From: Chlorobium sp. | Lineage (GTDB): Bacteria; Bacteroidota; Chlorobiia; Chlorobiales; Chlorobiaceae | DNA: 64,000 nt | Reading direction: 5' to 3' | NCBI GenBank assembly: GCA_013203905.1 | Contig: JABMPC010000075.1 | Location: 43,483-107,482 of the forward strand | Shown: in pieces, positions 9,756 through 21,399 of the stretch | Numbering within the stretch: the stretch's first letter is position 1 | How the letters are laid out: each line of letters opens with the position of its first letter | Program-made: the position numbers and the translations under genes | The notes under the pieces: generated by a model | What the model was told of the DNA's origin: nothing | The model's input: only the letters and a program-made list of their open reading frames with translations | Databases searched by the model: none

Positions 9756-10961
9756 TTATGTGCCGGCGGTTTCTTCCGTGAAGATTTCATCGAGTGCATT
9801 GATGCATTGTTGCCCCTGTTCGGGCGTTAAGATGAGCGGGGGCAGCAGTCGTATGACATTCTGGCTTGTGGCATTAATGAGAATATGGCGCTTGAGAGCA
9901 GCCTCCACATAATATTTTGCCTCCCTTTCCACCGTCACTCCTATCATCAGCCCGTACTGGCGGATTTCGCGGATCTGCGGGTGTTTTGCTGCGAGCAGTT
10001 CAAACTGCCGGCGCATGTGGTCTCCGGTTTTGAGCGCGTTCTCCATCAGCTGGTCGTCCATGATGGACTCTATCATCGCCAGACCTGCAGCACAGGCGAC
10101 AGGGTTGCCTCCAAAGGTGGTTCCATGGCTGCCGTAGGTGAGCACATCGGCTACCTTTTCGCTTCCGATGACGGCCGCAAGAGGGAGGCCGCCTCCGAGT
10201 GGTTTTGCCAGACAGACCATGTCGGGCTGAAGGGCGGTGTGGCCGTAGCTGAAAAACTTTCCTGTCCGACCGCAGCCGGCCTGGATTTCATCGGCAACAA
10301 TAAGGAATCCGTACTCCTCCCGCAACTCCATAAGGCGGTTAATGAATTCGGGCGATACCCTGTGGATCCCCCCTTCGCCCTGAATCGCTTCAAGAAAGAC
10401 AGCTGCAGTTCTCCCGGAAACCCTTTTCTCCAGATCCTCCATGTCGTTGAAGGCTATCATGCCGGTACTGGGCAACAGGGGTTCGAATCCACCAACATAC
10501 TGGGGCTTTGCTGTCAGCGACATGGCACCATAGGTTCTCCCATGGAAGCAGTTGCTGAGCGAGAGGACTTCGTTTTTCTCAGCATTGTCCTTATCTGCAG
10601 CCCATTTTCTGGCCATTTTGATGGCAGCTTCAATCGCTTCTGTACCGCTGTTGGCAAAAAAGACCTTGGAGAGTCCGCTGAGTTCAAGCAGTTTTGCCGC
10701 AAGCTCAAACTGGGGGCGGAGCATAAAAAGGTTTGATGCGTGAATGAGTGCTTTTGCCTGTGTGGCAATGGCCTCCTCCAGCCTCCTGTCGCCATAGCCG
10801 AGGGCATTGACGCCGATGCCGGCAATCATGTCGAGATATCGGGTTCCATCATCACCAATAAGCCAGACGCCTTCGCCATGAGTTGGGGCAATGGGGAGGC
10901 GGGAATAATTGTGGAAGAAAAGATTCTGTTCACTCTCCCGGTTGACAGGCAGTTGTTTCAT
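9756..10961 (-). CDS. argD: acetylornithine aminotransferase (class III PLP aminotransferase)
   Basis: The track ORF extends to 11423, but the homologous part starts at [23 protein letters not shown] (ATG at 10961). Motifs: [39 protein letters not shown]. Confidence 0.9.
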   Translation of the reverse strand: MKQLPVNRESEQNLFFHNYSRLPIAPTHGEGVWLIGDDGTRYLDMIAGIGVNALGYGDRRLEEAIATQAKALIHASNLFMLRPQFELAAKLLELSGLSKVFFANSGTEAIEAAIKMARKWAADKDNAEKNEVLSLSNCFHGRTYGAMSLTAKPQYVGGFEPLLPSTGMIAFNDMEDLEKRVSGRTAAVFLEAIQGEGGIHRVSPEFINRLMELREEYGFLIVADEIQAGCGRTGKFFSYGHTALQPDMVCLAKPLGGGLPLAAVIGSEKVADVLTYGSHGTTFGGNPVACAAGLAMIESIMDDQLMENALKTGDHMRRQFELLAAKHPQIREIRQYGLMIGVTVEREAKYYVEAALKRHILINATSQNVIRLLPPLILTPEQGQQCINALDEIFTEETAGT

Positions 10962-10975
10962 GCTTTTTGCGGAGT

Positions 10976-11206
10976 TCAATGGTATTGTTTCTTCAGGAAT
11001 TTTAGGGTACCCTTTTTCAGCTGCATTACCGACTTGACTATTCTCCAGAGGCCGTATGCGCCCGTCAGCGCACTGAAGACTCTGATCTCTTCCGCCGTGG
11101 AAGAGGTTCCACTTCCGACGGTAAAAAACAGCCAGAGGGAAACGCCGGTGAATGATGCTCCGACGATGACTCCTACAGCTGCTGGTAGAGAGACGGAAAA
11201 CTTCAC
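10976..11206 (-). CDS. hypothetical small membrane protein (about 76 aa), weakly supported
   Basis: The ORF fills the 241-nt ndh-argD spacer. Its GTG start overlaps the ndh TGA (GTGA). Two hydrophobic segments are present ([39 protein letters not shown]). There is no clear Shine-Dalgarno and I recognise no family. Confidence 0.3.
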   Translation of the reverse strand: MKFSVSLPAAVGVIVGASFTGVSLWLFFTVGSGTSSTAEEIRVFSALTGAYGLWRIVKSVMQLKKGTLKFLKKQYH

Positions 11207-12519
11207 AGTGGAGGATCTTTCGGGCAGGTACTGCTGTCCGGATAGAAGCGCCACTCACGATTGACGATGAGTCGGGCGCCGAAACCGAAGGTGAAGTAGG
11301 ACCAGCCCCACTGCAACAAGACGAAGACGCGGTGTTTGAAACTGGTGAGGTAGTAGATATGCACCAGCAGCCAGGTGAACCAGGCGGGTGCGCCATCAAA
11401 CTGGATGTTGCCGATTTCGACAATAGCGCGGTTTTTGCCGATGGTGGCCATCTGCCCCTTATCGGTGTAGCGGAACGGTTTTCTTTCCTTTCCTTTCAGG
11501 TCGCGCAGTATGGTTTTCCCGATGAAGTGCCCCTCCTGAATTGCTACGGGGGCCATGCCGGGAAGCGGTTTTCCTGCTTCATTGAGAAGACATGCCTGAT
11601 CGCCGCCAACAAAGATTTCCGGGTGGCCGGGGACGCTGAGGTCGCCCTCAACCACAACTCGGCCAATTCGGTCGGTTTCTGCTCCCATGTCGTTGGGGAT
11701 TGCTATGGCCGTCACGCCGGCAGCCCAGAGGACTGTTGCTGCCTCAATGCGTTCGTTGCCAATCTGCACACCGTTTTCATCAACATCGCTTACCATGCTG
11801 TTCGTCCATATCTGGACGCCGAGCTGTTCAAGCGAGCGGGTCGCTTTACTTGCGAGGTCCTTGTCAAAGGTACCGAGAATTCTCGGGGCGGCTTCGACAA
11901 TGAAAATCCGTGTCAGTTTCGGGTCGATCTGGCGGTAGAGTTTTGAAAGGGTGTAGCGGCTCATTTCGCCGATTGAGCCGGCAAGTTCGACGCCGGTCGG
12001 TCCTCCACCCACAATGACAAAGGTGAGCAGTTTCTTGCGCTCCACCGGATCGCTGGTCCGTTCAGCAGCCTCGTAAGCCTCCAGTACCCGGCGACGGATC
12101 TCCTTGGCCTGTGATATGGTTTTTAGTCCCGGTGCATACTGCTCCCACTGATTGTTGCCGAAATAGTGGTGACGGACGCCACAGGCAAGAATCAGATAGT
12201 CGTATGGAACTTCACCGAAATCGGTGGTGAGGGTTTTGCTTTCAGCGTTGACCCTCTCGGCAATGCCCTTGTAGACTGTGATGTTATCGTAGTTGGCAAG
12301 CATGTTCCTCAGAGGTGCGGCAATATCACCCTCATCAAGCGCCGACATGGCAACCTGATAGAGAAGCGGCTGAAAGAGATGGTAGTTCCGGCGGTCGATG
12401 AGGACGATATCGAGATCATTCCTGTTGCCCAGTACCCTTGCTGCCCTCAGGCCTGTGAATCCGCCGCCGACAATGACGACGCGTTTTTTTCCAGTTCCTT
12501 CTCTGTATTGATCAGACAT
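11203..12519 (-). CDS. ndh: type II NADH dehydrogenase (NDH-2), FAD-dependent pyridine nucleotide-disulfide oxidoreductase
   Basis: 438 aa with two dinucleotide-binding folds ([26 protein letters not shown]) and a C-terminal membrane-anchoring region. Confidence 0.85.
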   Translation of the reverse strand: MSDQYREGTGKKRVVIVGGGFTGLRAARVLGNRNDLDIVLIDRRNYHLFQPLLYQVAMSALDEGDIAAPLRNMLANYDNITVYKGIAERVNAESKTLTTDFGEVPYDYLILACGVRHHYFGNNQWEQYAPGLKTISQAKEIRRRVLEAYEAAERTSDPVERKKLLTFVIVGGGPTGVELAGSIGEMSRYTLSKLYRQIDPKLTRIFIVEAAPRILGTFDKDLASKATRSLEQLGVQIWTNSMVSDVDENGVQIGNERIEAATVLWAAGVTAIAIPNDMGAETDRIGRVVVEGDLSVPGHPEIFVGGDQACLLNEAGKPLPGMAPVAIQEGHFIGKTILRDLKGKERKPFRYTDKGQMATIGKNRAIVEIGNIQFDGAPAWFTWLLVHIYYLTSFKHRVFVLLQWGWSYFTFGFGARLIVNREWRFYPDSSTCPKDPPL

Positions 12520-12596
12520 GTCGTTCGGGGTGCGTTTTCGTTTGAGTTTTTACTGCATACAATATATAAGAATATCACTATATGCGAATGTTTCGT

Positions 12597-13100
12597 TCAG
12601 GTGAGGTTTTCAATTATAGCCCGATGGAGAGGAAAGCGGGCTGTGAGCTCATCTCTTTTTGCAAATGAAAAGTCCCGGAACTCAAAACCCGGTGCCACCA
12701 CACAGCTGACAAGGGTGTAGCCCGAACGGCCCCGCGAGGGGGCGGCGGCTCCGAACCAGTCGCCCGCCGCAACAACCCCTTGCAATTTGTTGCCATTCTG
12801 AAGGTCGGGACCAAGAGTAAAGGAGGATGGTGTTCCCTCGCCGCCGGGGAATACCGATACCTTCAAAGGGTCTCCTGCATGCCAGAGCCAGAGCTCTTCC
12901 GAGCGGATTCGGTGCAGCGCTGAACGGTCACCGGCTTCAAGCAGGTAATAAATGGCGGTCGCGCATGATCGGGGGCTTGTAAAAGTGCTCCCGTCACTGA
13001 ACGGGAAGGATTCCGCCGTTCTCCATGTTTCTCGGAACCAGCCCCCTTCGGGGTGTCGTACAAGCTGCAGGTGCTCTCTCCAGAACTCAGCTCTCTTCAT
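12597..13100 (-). CDS. cupin-fold protein, DUF985 family
   Basis: The start is trimmed to [26 protein letters not shown]. That HPEGGWF N-terminus and the length are typical of DUF985 cupins. It overlaps the purE stop by 14 nt. Confidence 0.6.
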   Translation of the reverse strand: MKRAEFWREHLQLVRHPEGGWFRETWRTAESFPFSDGSTFTSPRSCATAIYYLLEAGDRSALHRIRSEELWLWHAGDPLKVSVFPGGEGTPSSFTLGPDLQNGNKLQGVVAAGDWFGAAAPSRGRSGYTLVSCVVAPGFEFRDFSFAKRDELTARFPLHRAIIENLT

Positions 13101-13614
13101 GGAGCCGCTGTCGGATTTTTGCTGTTTTCTGCCGCGACGCATCTGCCAGTTTTTCGCGGAAGGCAACCAGCGCTGCCATCAGTTTGTCGTCTGAAAGAGC
13201 CATAATCTGGACAGCGAGGAGAGCCGCATTGCGGGCATTGTCGATGCCGACGGTTGCTACCGGAATGCCGGCCGGCATCTGTACAATTGCGTAGAGCGCG
13301 TCTTGTCCGCTGAGTTTTTTGTTGAAGATCGGTACACCGATGACCGGCAGTTCGGTCATGGCAGCCGTGACCCCCGGAAGGTGTGCTGCGCCGCCCGCTC
13401 CGGCGATGATTGCCTTGAGCCCCCGTTCTCTGGCTGAGGAGGCATATGCTTCAAGGTCGCGCGGAGTGCGATGTGCTGAAATGACAGAAATTTCCGAGGC
13501 TATCGAGAACTCGTCAAACACCCTTACCGCCTCTTTCATGATATCAAAATCCGAATCTGAGCCCATGATGATGCCGATCAATGGTGCTGGAGAGGAATTG
13601 GCTGTTATAGTCAT
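13087..13614 (-). CDS. purE: 5-(carboxyamino)imidazole ribonucleotide mutase
   Basis: 175 aa with motifs [18 protein letters not shown] and [10 protein letters not shown]. Confidence 0.92.
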   Translation of the reverse strand: MTITANSSPAPLIGIIMGSDSDFDIMKEAVRVFDEFSIASEISVISAHRTPRDLEAYASSARERGLKAIIAGAGGAAHLPGVTAAMTELPVIGVPIFNKKLSGQDALYAIVQMPAGIPVATVGIDNARNAALLAVQIMALSDDKLMAALVAFREKLADASRQKTAKIRQRLHEES

Positions 13615-13744
13615 AGAAAAAATGTTGTCTTTATCCCGGCATAGAGAGTGCGGCAGGAGTGCCGGGGTTTATGAAATTGCGCTGGTTTTATGTATTTTCT
13701 CAAGTGTGAATTTATAAAATAATTACCTGTAGAGGAAGAGCTCA

Positions 13745-15163
13745 ATGGCAACAAATCTCGCCGAAAAGTACAGCAATCCCGGACCCCGTTACACCAGTTA
13801 CCCCACCATTCCTTCATGGAGTACTGACGGCGTTTCAGAGGAGCAGTGGAAAGAGGCCATGATCAAGGGTTTCAACGACAGCAACGAAACCAGCGGCATC
13901 AGCATGTACATTCACATCCCCTACTGTGAGAACTACTGCTATTTCTGTGGATGCAACGCCCATCGCACCCAGGACCACTCCTTTGAGGAGCCCTATCTTG
14001 AAGCGCTGCTCAAAGAGTGGCAGATGTACCTTGATGTGTTTCCCGGCACGCTCAATGTGAAGGAGATGCATATCGGCGGAGGCACTCCGACCTTTTTCAG
14101 CCCGGAAAACCTAACCCGCCTTATCGAAGGTCTCTATAGCCATGTCAACCGCATGGAGGGATATGTTTTCAGTTTTGAGACCAATCCCCGCTCCACAACC
14201 AAAGAGCATCTTGTGGCGCTCTACAATGCCGGCTTCCGTCGACTGAGCTTCGGAATCCAGGATTTTGACCCCATTGTCCAGAAAGAGATCAATCGTCTCC
14301 AGTCATTCGAACTGGTGAAGGAAAAAGTTGACCTTGCCCGTGAAATTGGATTCACCTCAGTCAATTTCGATCTTGTGTACGGCCTGCCCAAACAGACGCT
14401 TGCAACCATTACTGATACCATAGATAAAGTAATGCAGCTGCGCCCCGACCGTCTGGCATTTTATGCCTACGGCCACAACCCGCACATGTATGAGGGGCAG
14501 CGCAAGTTCAAGGAGGAGGATCTGCCGGTCGGAGACGCCAAGCAGGAGCTTTACGACAAGGGCAGCGCAATGCTCGAGTCCATCGGCTACCATGAAATCG
14601 GCATGGACCATTTTGCAATAGAGGGTGACTCGCTCTACACAGCAGCCAAAAACAGCACCCTGCATCGCAACTTCATGGGCTATACAGAGAACACCACCCA
14701 GATGATGCTGGCGCTTGGTTCTTCATCCATCAGCGACACCTGGTATGCATTCGCCCAGAACGAAAGGACAGACGGTGCATACATCAAAGCCGTCAACGAG
14801 GGGCGTTTCCCGCTTCACCGGGGCCACCTGCTTACCGACGAAGATCTTGTTCTGCGTCGCCACATTCTCAACCTCATGTGCCGTCAGGAGACCTCATGGG
14901 CCGATCCGAAGCTCTACACTGAAGAGCTCGATGTGGCGCGTTACCGTCTTGAGGATATGGAAAATGACGGGCTGGTGGTTCTTGGCGACAAAAGCGTCAG
15001 GGTCACCGACGAGGGGATTCCCTATCTCCGCAACATCTGCATGGCCTTTGATGCGCTGCTCTGGCGTTCAGACAGTCTTTCCAGGGCCTACAATGTATCA
15101 CGCGACATCCAGAAGGGTTATATTGAAAAGGCCCGTCTCGCAAAAGAACAGCAGGCCGGCTGA
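13745..15163 (+). CDS. hemN: oxygen-independent coproporphyrinogen III oxidase (radical SAM)
   Basis: 472 aa with [16 protein letters not shown] (CxxxCxxC) and HemN-type N- and C-terminal regions. Confidence 0.9.
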   Translation: MATNLAEKYSNPGPRYTSYPTIPSWSTDGVSEEQWKEAMIKGFNDSNETSGISMYIHIPYCENYCYFCGCNAHRTQDHSFEEPYLEALLKEWQMYLDVFPGTLNVKEMHIGGGTPTFFSPENLTRLIEGLYSHVNRMEGYVFSFETNPRSTTKEHLVALYNAGFRRLSFGIQDFDPIVQKEINRLQSFELVKEKVDLAREIGFTSVNFDLVYGLPKQTLATITDTIDKVMQLRPDRLAFYAYGHNPHMYEGQRKFKEEDLPVGDAKQELYDKGSAMLESIGYHEIGMDHFAIEGDSLYTAAKNSTLHRNFMGYTENTTQMMLALGSSSISDTWYAFAQNERTDGAYIKAVNEGRFPLHRGHLLTDEDLVLRRHILNLMCRQETSWADPKLYTEELDVARYRLEDMENDGLVVLGDKSVRVTDEGIPYLRNICMAFDALLWRSDSLSRAYNVSRDIQKGYIEKARLAKEQQAG

Positions 15164-15187
15164 ATGCGGCGTTCTGCAACTGAAAAA

Positions 15188-15212
15188 GGGTGACGCCGGT
15201 CACCCTTTTTTT
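15188..15212 (+). terminator. rho-independent terminator after hemN
   Basis: GGGTGAC-GCCG-GTCACCC followed by TTTTTTT, 25 nt after the hemN stop. Confidence 0.8.
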
Positions 15213-15223
15213 ATGTTCAGCCA

Positions 15224-16360
15224 ATGAAAAAAAAAGTAAGGATCGGATTTCTCGGAAGCGGCTGGGCCCGTATTGCCCAGGCTCCGGCATTTTCCCTGAT
15301 GGATGATGTCACTCTTGCTGCCGTGGCTAGCCCCACCGAGGCGCACCGCACGAAATTCATTGAGCGGTTCGGCATCGAGAAAGGGTATGCCGACTGGCGG
15401 GCGCTTCTTGAAGAGGACCTCGATCTTGTCTGCGTGACCACTCCGCCCTTTCTGCATCGTGATATGGTGACTGCTCTCCTCGGTAGCGGTAAAAGCGTCA
15501 TCTGCGAAAAACCATTTGCCCTCAATGTTGGAGAAGCCGAGGCGATGTTCAATGCATCACTTGCATCTCGCGGTCTTGCAGTGCTCGACCATCAGCTCCG
15601 GTTCCACCCGGCGGTGCGCACCATGAAGCAAATGATTGAGAGCGGGGAGATAGGCCGGCTTCATGATGTACGCAGCATTGTTAACCTTGCCAGCCGGAAC
15701 CGGCCGGACCAGCCATGGTCGTGGTGGAGTGACAGCGGACGGGGCGGCGGCGCCCTCGGCGCCATCGGCTCGCACCTGATAGACCTCAACCGCTTTCTCG
15801 TTGGGGAGATAAAAGAGGTTTCCTGCAGTCTGACCACCAGCATTCCGAGGCGGCCCGATAGTGAGGGGCAGCAGCGCCCCGTCACCTCCGACGACAGCTT
15901 TGCCATGATGATGCGCTTCGGCCCCTCAAGCATGGCACTTTCTGCCCCTTCCCTGATGCATGTGACAACCGTCGGCGCCTACACCTGGTTCTCTTTCGAG
16001 GTTTCCGGCAGCCTGAAAACCATCCGGCTCGACGGCGCCGGTCGGCTCTGGGAAATCACCCCCGACAAAGCCAAAGGGGGAAGGAGTCTGATTGAGGCGC
16101 CACGCTGGAAGCAGGTGGAGCCCATCCTGCCATGGGACGAACTTGTTCTGCAGGAAAAAATTCGCCACTCCTCCCTCGCAGTCCACGGCATTTTCGCTGT
16201 CGGCTTCGCTTTTCTTGCTCACCGCATGCTCAAAGCCCTCCGGAACGGTGACACCCGAATACCCGACGCCGCAGGATTTGCCGATGGCCTCGTTATCCAG
16301 AAAATCATTCGCGCTGCCCGCGACTCCAACGATACCGGGAGCTGGGCTAAACCGTTATAA
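15224..16360 (+). CDS. Gfo/Idh/MocA family oxidoreductase
   Basis: 378 aa with an N-terminal Rossmann fold ([19 protein letters not shown]), an EKP motif (VICEKPFAL) and a family-typical C-terminal alpha/beta domain. Confidence 0.75.
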   Translation: MKKKVRIGFLGSGWARIAQAPAFSLMDDVTLAAVASPTEAHRTKFIERFGIEKGYADWRALLEEDLDLVCVTTPPFLHRDMVTALLGSGKSVICEKPFALNVGEAEAMFNASLASRGLAVLDHQLRFHPAVRTMKQMIESGEIGRLHDVRSIVNLASRNRPDQPWSWWSDSGRGGGALGAIGSHLIDLNRFLVGEIKEVSCSLTTSIPRRPDSEGQQRPVTSDDSFAMMMRFGPSSMALSAPSLMHVTTVGAYTWFSFEVSGSLKTIRLDGAGRLWEITPDKAKGGRSLIEAPRWKQVEPILPWDELVLQEKIRHSSLAVHGIFAVGFAFLAHRMLKALRNGDTRIPDAAGFADGLVIQKIIRAARDSNDTGSWAKPL

Positions 16361-16396
16361 AACTGTGGTTTCGAAAGAAACTTCACAGAGGAGAAA

Positions 16397-16428
16397 CTGC
16401 CTGATTTGGTGATTAAGGCAGGGTTTTG
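16397..16428 (+). terminator. weak candidate terminator after the oxidoreductase gene
   Basis: CTGCC-N15-GGCAG followed by GGTTTTGT. The stem is short and the loop is long. Confidence 0.3.
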
Positions 16429-16447
16429 TATGTTAATGCAGAATTGT

Positions 16448-16473
16448 TTCGTGTACGAATATTTGTGTACGAA
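16448..16473. promoter_or_regulatory. tandem operator-like palindromes upstream of marR
   Basis: TTCGTgtACGAA (16448-16459) and TTTGTgtACGAA (16462-16473) repeat with a 14-bp period, 40-60 nt upstream of the marR ATG in an AT-rich spacer. Confidence 0.4.
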
Positions 16474-16511
16474 AGAATAAGTTTTTTTATCAATCAGATT
16501 TCCGTTGCAGT

Positions 16512-16994
16512 ATGGAGCAGGAAGGGGTTTCAGGTGTTGGTGTGGGGGTGCGCGGGTTTCAGGCCTTGCGCCGGATAGTGCGCGCCCTTGATGTCCATTC
16601 CCGAAAACTCTATCGGGAGTGCAACATTACTTCCCCTCAGCTGCTCTGTCTGCACAGTCTGGAGAAAAACAGAGACCAGACGCTTTCCAGAATGGCGGAG
16701 GAGCTCAATTTGAGCGTCAGCACGATGAATGGCATTGTTGATCGTCTTGAGGCCCGTGGGCTGGTGCTCCGGTCTCGCTCAGAGAAGGATCACCGGAAGG
16801 TGCATCTCAGCATTACCGCTGAGGGAACGCTGCTGCTCTCTTCAGTTCCCGAACTGATGCGCGACTCCTATGCCCGTGCGTTCGGCTCTCTTTCAGATGG
16901 AGAACAGGAGCTTCTGACCGGGCTGCTGGTTAAACTGGCAGACCGCTTTGACCCTGTGCACAGAAGCACGGGCGGTTCTTCGGAAATCATATAA
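16512..16994 (+). CDS. MarR family transcriptional regulator
   Basis: 160 aa with a winged-HTH region ([14 protein letters not shown]...[40 protein letters not shown]). Confidence 0.8.
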   Translation: MEQEGVSGVGVGVRGFQALRRIVRALDVHSRKLYRECNITSPQLLCLHSLEKNRDQTLSRMAEELNLSVSTMNGIVDRLEARGLVLRSRSEKDHRKVHLSITAEGTLLLSSVPELMRDSYARAFGSLSDGEQELLTGLLVKLADRFDPVHRSTGGSSEII

Positions 16995-17003
16995 TCCCTC
17001 TTT

Positions 17004-18329
17004 ATGACTTTATCACAAGTACAGAAAAAGATTCTCACTACCATTGATCCCCATGCAGGAGTAGCGCAGTGGACTGACTGGAAATGGCAGATGCGCAACA
17101 GCATCCGCGACCTTGAAACCTATGAGTCCCTTCTTGGACTGGAGCTTTCCCATGAGCAGCGAAAGGCGTTCACCCAAACGGCCGCTAAATTCCCGATGTC
17201 GATCACCCCGTATTATCTCTCGCTCATCAATACCGCCGACATGGAGAATGATCCGGTGTTTCTGCAGAGCGTGCCCTCGCCTCGCGAACTGCATATCATG
17301 CCGGGCGACATGGCCGATCCTCTCCACGAGGACCGCGACAGCCCCGCACCTTGCGTGACCCACCGCTATCCGGATCGGGTTCTCCTGCTTGTCAGCAACA
17401 CTTGCCCTATGTACTGCCGGCACTGCACCCGGAAACGGAAGGTTGGCGATCAGGATACCATTCCCTCCCGTTCGGCGATTTCAGCCGGGATTGACTATAT
17501 CCGCCAGACTCCACGCGTGCGCGATGTTCTGCTGAGCGGCGGCGATCCGTTTCTGCTTTCGGACGAGTACCTCGACTGGATTCTCACGGAGCTTCGCTCA
17601 ATTGAGCATGTGGAGATTATCAGAATCGGAACACGAACTCCTGTTGTCCTTCCACAGCGTATTACTCCGGAGCTGGTTGCCATGCTGAAAAAGCACCAGC
17701 CGGTCTGGGTCAACACCCATTTCAACCATCCACGGGAGCTTACACAGTCGTCCAAAAACGCTCTGGCGATGCTTGCCGACGGCGGTTTGCCGCTCGGAAA
17801 CCAGACGGTGCTGCTCTCGGGCATCAACGACTGCCCTCGAATCATGAAGGCGCTCGTGCATAAGCTGGTTCGTAACCGTGTGCGCCCCTATTACCTCTAC
17901 CAGTGTGATCTGTCTGAGGGTCTCTCTCACTTCAGGACCCCGGTGGGCAAGGGAATTGAGATTCTTGAAAGCCTGATCGGCCATACCAGTGGGTTCTCGG
18001 TGCCAACCTATGTGATTGACGCTCCCGGCGGGGGAGGAAAAATTCCGGTAATGCCAAACTATCTGATTTCATGGTCAACCAACAAGGTTGTGCTGAGAAA
18101 TTATGAGGGAGTTATTACAACCTACAAGGAGCCGGATTCCTACGAGCCGACTTTCTGCGACCGGAACTGCGACCGCTGCGACCTTCAGCTGAACCTGAAC
18201 GATGCGGATGAGGGTGAATCGATAGGCATCCAGCAGCTGCTGAGTGACCATGATGAAACCATTTCGCTTGTGCCTGCCTCCAATGAGCGCTTTTCCAGAC
18301 GCAAGGATGAAGGACAGCCGGACGAATGA
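17004..18329 (+). CDS. ablA: lysine 2,3-aminomutase (radical SAM/PLP, KamA family)
   Basis: 441 aa with motifs [19 protein letters not shown] and [15 protein letters not shown]. It sits in an operon with a beta-lysine acetyltransferase-like GNAT. Confidence 0.88.
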   Translation: MTLSQVQKKILTTIDPHAGVAQWTDWKWQMRNSIRDLETYESLLGLELSHEQRKAFTQTAAKFPMSITPYYLSLINTADMENDPVFLQSVPSPRELHIMPGDMADPLHEDRDSPAPCVTHRYPDRVLLLVSNTCPMYCRHCTRKRKVGDQDTIPSRSAISAGIDYIRQTPRVRDVLLSGGDPFLLSDEYLDWILTELRSIEHVEIIRIGTRTPVVLPQRITPELVAMLKKHQPVWVNTHFNHPRELTQSSKNALAMLADGGLPLGNQTVLLSGINDCPRIMKALVHKLVRNRVRPYYLYQCDLSEGLSHFRTPVGKGIEILESLIGHTSGFSVPTYVIDAPGGGGKIPVMPNYLISWSTNKVVLRNYEGVITTYKEPDSYEPTFCDRNCDRCDLQLNLNDADEGESIGIQQLLSDHDETISLVPASNERFSRRKDEGQPDE

Positions 18330-19765
18330 GCTGGGTTGATTATCTGATATTCGGGGCATATATGGCGGCAGTGCTCGGTATCGGCGTCTACCATTTCCGG
18401 CGCAACGGCGATGCTGAGGATTACTATGTTGGAGGGAGGAGCATCAGCCCCGGCCATGTCGGTCTGTCGATTGTGGCAACAGATGTTGGCGGAGGCTTTT
18501 CCATAGGTCTCGGGGGTGTGGGCTTCATGATGGGGCTTTCGGGTAGCTGGCTACTCTTTACCGGTCTTGCGGGAGCATGGCTGACGGCGGTTTTTGTGAT
18601 TCCGAAAATCAAGCGCATTGATGCGAGCAAAGGGTTTATGACCTATCCCGATTTCCTCAGGGAGCGCTATGACGGTCGGGTCGCCCTCTTTGCTGCCATC
18701 ATTTCCGGGCTGGGGTATCTGGGCTTTACAGCGGCACAGTTGCTTGCCGGTGCCAAGCTCGCTTCAGCCACAATCATACCAGCCAATCCCTTCGGCATGG
18801 AGCCGCTGTTTTTTGCACTGGTGGTGATAGCCTGTGCTACTGTGCTCTACACGGTCATTGGCGGTCTGAAAGCGGTCATCTATACCGATACGGTGCAGTG
18901 GATCATTCTGCTCAGCGGACTCCTGCTGATCACTGTCCCCTTCACCCTTGCCCGTATCGGCGGATTCGGTGCACTCAGGGTTGCCCTACCTGACCATTTT
19001 TTCTCCCTCACGGCCATAACTCCCGTTCTCTTCATCAACTGGATGGTTACCATCATTCCCATCTGGTTTGTAGGGATGACCCTCTATCAGCGGATGTATG
19101 CCTGTCGTGATGAAGCGGACGCCAGGAAAGCCTGGTACATTGCCGGTTTTTTCGAGTACCCCGTGATGGCTTTTACCGGTGTCTTTCTCGGCATGTGCGC
19201 ACGAGTCGTTTTTCCTGAAGCTGAGGCTGAAATGGCCATGCCGATGCTGATTCGCGACATTCTGCCTGTCGGGGTGACAGGTATTGTTATAGCCTCCTAT
19301 TTTTCGGCTATCATGTCAACGGCTGACAGCTGCATGATGGCCTCATCGGGGAATTTTACCAATGACATCATCAGCCGCTTCATTCCAGCTTCACGAGCCA
19401 GCGACCGTCGTCTTGTCAGGATTTCCATGTTCGTCACCCTTGTGGTTGGCCTGCTCGCCTTTTTGCTTGCCGTCAGGTTTACGACTGTGCTTGGTGCTAT
19501 TCTGCAGGCCTATGCCTTCATGGTCTCCGGACTCTTTATCCCGACTCTCGGAGCATTTTTCTGGAAACGGGCTTCATCTGCGGGTGCGCTTGCCGGAATG
19601 GCCGGCGGAGGTTCCCTGACGCTGCTTTTGATTGCCGGAGTGCTCCAGCTTCCCGATGGGCTCCAGGCTCTTGGGTTGGACCCTGCGCTCTATGGCATCA
19701 TTTTTTCTGCTCTGCTTTTTGTTCCTGTTTCTCTCACCTTTCCCGATACCCAGGCGAACCAATGA
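18326..19765 (+). CDS. sodium:solute symporter family (SSF) transporter
   Basis: 479 aa, polytopic (about 12-13 TM), with an SSF-like N-terminal region ([24 protein letters not shown]). ATGA overlaps occur at both ends. The substrate is unknown. Confidence 0.75.
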   Translation: MSWVDYLIFGAYMAAVLGIGVYHFRRNGDAEDYYVGGRSISPGHVGLSIVATDVGGGFSIGLGGVGFMMGLSGSWLLFTGLAGAWLTAVFVIPKIKRIDASKGFMTYPDFLRERYDGRVALFAAIISGLGYLGFTAAQLLAGAKLASATIIPANPFGMEPLFFALVVIACATVLYTVIGGLKAVIYTDTVQWIILLSGLLLITVPFTLARIGGFGALRVALPDHFFSLTAITPVLFINWMVTIIPIWFVGMTLYQRMYACRDEADARKAWYIAGFFEYPVMAFTGVFLGMCARVVFPEAEAEMAMPMLIRDILPVGVTGIVIASYFSAIMSTADSCMMASSGNFTNDIISRFIPASRASDRRLVRISMFVTLVVGLLAFLLAVRFTTVLGAILQAYAFMVSGLFIPTLGAFFWKRASSAGALAGMAGGGSLTLLLIAGVLQLPDGLQALGLDPALYGIIFSALLFVPVSLTFPDTQANQ

Positions 19766-20595
19766 AGAACGATACCATAGAGCGCCGCCACGGCGCACTT
19801 ATCCAGCACGGGCCGAAAAGTGCGAGAATTTATGTTATGGAGTGTGCCGGCGCCGATCCCGAAACCCTTGTGCCGGAGCTTTTAGCGCTTGGCGCGGAGA
19901 GAGGATATGGAAAAATATTTGCGAAGGTTCCTGAACCGGCTTCCGCCGCATTCCTTCGGGCAGGATTTCACGAAGAGGCCCGTATCCCTGGATTTTTTGC
20001 CGGTGGAGAGACCGCCCTTTTCCTTGCCCTCTTTATTGATGCCCGGCGCGCCCACACCGCTGACGCAGTGGAGATTGAACGCATTGCCACCCTTGCCCGG
20101 AATGCGGAGGTCCGTTTCCCCGGTCCGCTTCCCGATGGCTGTTCGCTCCGCATCTGCACTCCCGATGACATTGCCGTGATGAGCGACATCTATCGCGAGG
20201 TATTTCCTACCTATCCGTTTCCAATTGAGGATCCGGCCTGGCTGCTTGAGAGTATGCGCACCCATGTAGACTATTACGGTGTGAGCCATCTGGGGCGGCT
20301 GGTGGCTCTTGCCTCTTCTGAAATGGACTTGCAGGGAGGAAGTGTGGAGATGACTGATTTTGCGACCCTTCCCGGCTGGCGGGGCAATGCTCTTGCCCTC
20401 CATCTGCTTCTGGTGATGGAGGAGGGAATGCGCCGCAAGCATATGCGTACCGCCTTTACCATTGCGCGCTCTCTTTCAGCCGGCATGAACATCTCCTTTG
20501 CCCGCGCCGGCTATTGGTTCAGCGGCACTCTTGTGAACAATACCAATATTTCCGGCGGGATTGAGTCCATGAATGTATGGTACAAGCCGCTCTAA
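19762..20595 (+). CDS. ablB: beta-lysine N6-acetyltransferase-like GNAT
   Basis: 277 aa. The C-terminal GNAT fold ([24 protein letters not shown]), the length and the linkage to ablA match the AblB family as I recall it. Confidence 0.7.
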   Translation: MKNDTIERRHGALIQHGPKSARIYVMECAGADPETLVPELLALGAERGYGKIFAKVPEPASAAFLRAGFHEEARIPGFFAGGETALFLALFIDARRAHTADAVEIERIATLARNAEVRFPGPLPDGCSLRICTPDDIAVMSDIYREVFPTYPFPIEDPAWLLESMRTHVDYYGVSHLGRLVALASSEMDLQGGSVEMTDFATLPGWRGNALALHLLLVMEEGMRRKHMRTAFTIARSLSAGMNISFARAGYWFSGTLVNNTNISGGIESMNVWYKPL

Positions 20596-20601
20596 GAGTG
20601 A

Positions 20602-21399
20602 TCAGCTTTGCTGATAGGTGTGTACGCTGTTAGCCGCTGTCGGCAGGTAGTTGACCCCGAACCAGCTGACCAGCAGCACAAGAAACGCCAGAGCAAGATA
20701 CCACTGCAGCTTCAGTCGATTGATTTTATAGCTGACAGCATGCAGATATCCAAGATAGATGAGCCAGGCAATGAATGCCCAGGTCTCTTTCGGATCCCAT
20801 GACCAGTAGTTTCCCCAGGCATCTTTTGCCCAAAGAGCTCCAAACACCAGGCCGAAGGTGAGGAAGACGAACCCCAGCAGCGCAAGGTAGTGGGCAAGAG
20901 CATCATTGCTTTTGAGGTCTTTCATTCTGTAGGTCAGGAAAATGTTATGCCATCCGGCAACAGACGAAGCCGCAAGCAACACATAGCCAACCAGATAGAC
21001 CACCACATGAGGGATGAACCATGGGCTCTGGAGTGCGGGCATCAGGGCCTTGTCGAACACCTCGGGGTGGAGCAGATTGATGGTGAGGAAAAAGGCTGCC
21101 AGCCCCATGCAGTAGTACTTCAGCCATGAAATTTTCCACCGGTATTCAACCAGCAGGCCGACGAGCGGGATAAGCGCGGCATACCAGAGCCGGGTTTCGC
21201 CAAGTGTTCTGAGTGGCGGGCGCTCCAGAGCATGCCAGTAGATGGCAATGAAGGCTATCATGATCAGCGAGCCGCCAAGGTTCAGTGCGGTTGCAGTTTT
21301 TCTGAGGGCGGTGCTGCTTTTTGCGGCAATGCCGAGCATGGAGCCCAATGCCCAGAAGGCTATCGAGAGATATGCCGCTGTGGTAAAATCAATGATCAT
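20602..21399 (-). CDS. ccsA: cytochrome c biogenesis protein CcsA (System II)
   Basis: 265 aa, polytopic, with the Trp-rich heme-handling motif AWGNYWSWDPKETWAF. Confidence 0.88.
   Translation of the reverse strand: MIIDFTTAAYLSIAFWALGSMLGIAAKSSTALRKTATALNLGGSLIMIAFIAIYWHALERPPLRTLGETRLWYAALIPLVGLLVEYRWKISWLKYYCMGLAAFFLTINLLHPEVFDKALMPALQSPWFIPHVVVYLVGYVLLAASSVAGWHNIFLTYRMKDLKSNDALAHYLALLGFVFLTFGLVFGALWAKDAWGNYWSWDPKETWAFIAWLIYLGYLHAVSYKINRLKLQWYLALAFLVLLVSWFGVNYLPTAANSVHTYQQS

Noticed and set aside
10962-11423. N-terminal 154-aa extension of the long track ORF 9756-11423
   Set aside because: The extension is low-complexity (Ser/Pro/Arg-rich) and overlaps the 3' end of ndh in another frame. 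ArgD homology begins only at the internal ATG at 10961.
12682-12697. TGGCAC-CGGGT-TTTGA on the minus strand
   Set aside because: It lies inside the DUF985 cupin coding sequence and lacks the invariant GC at -12.
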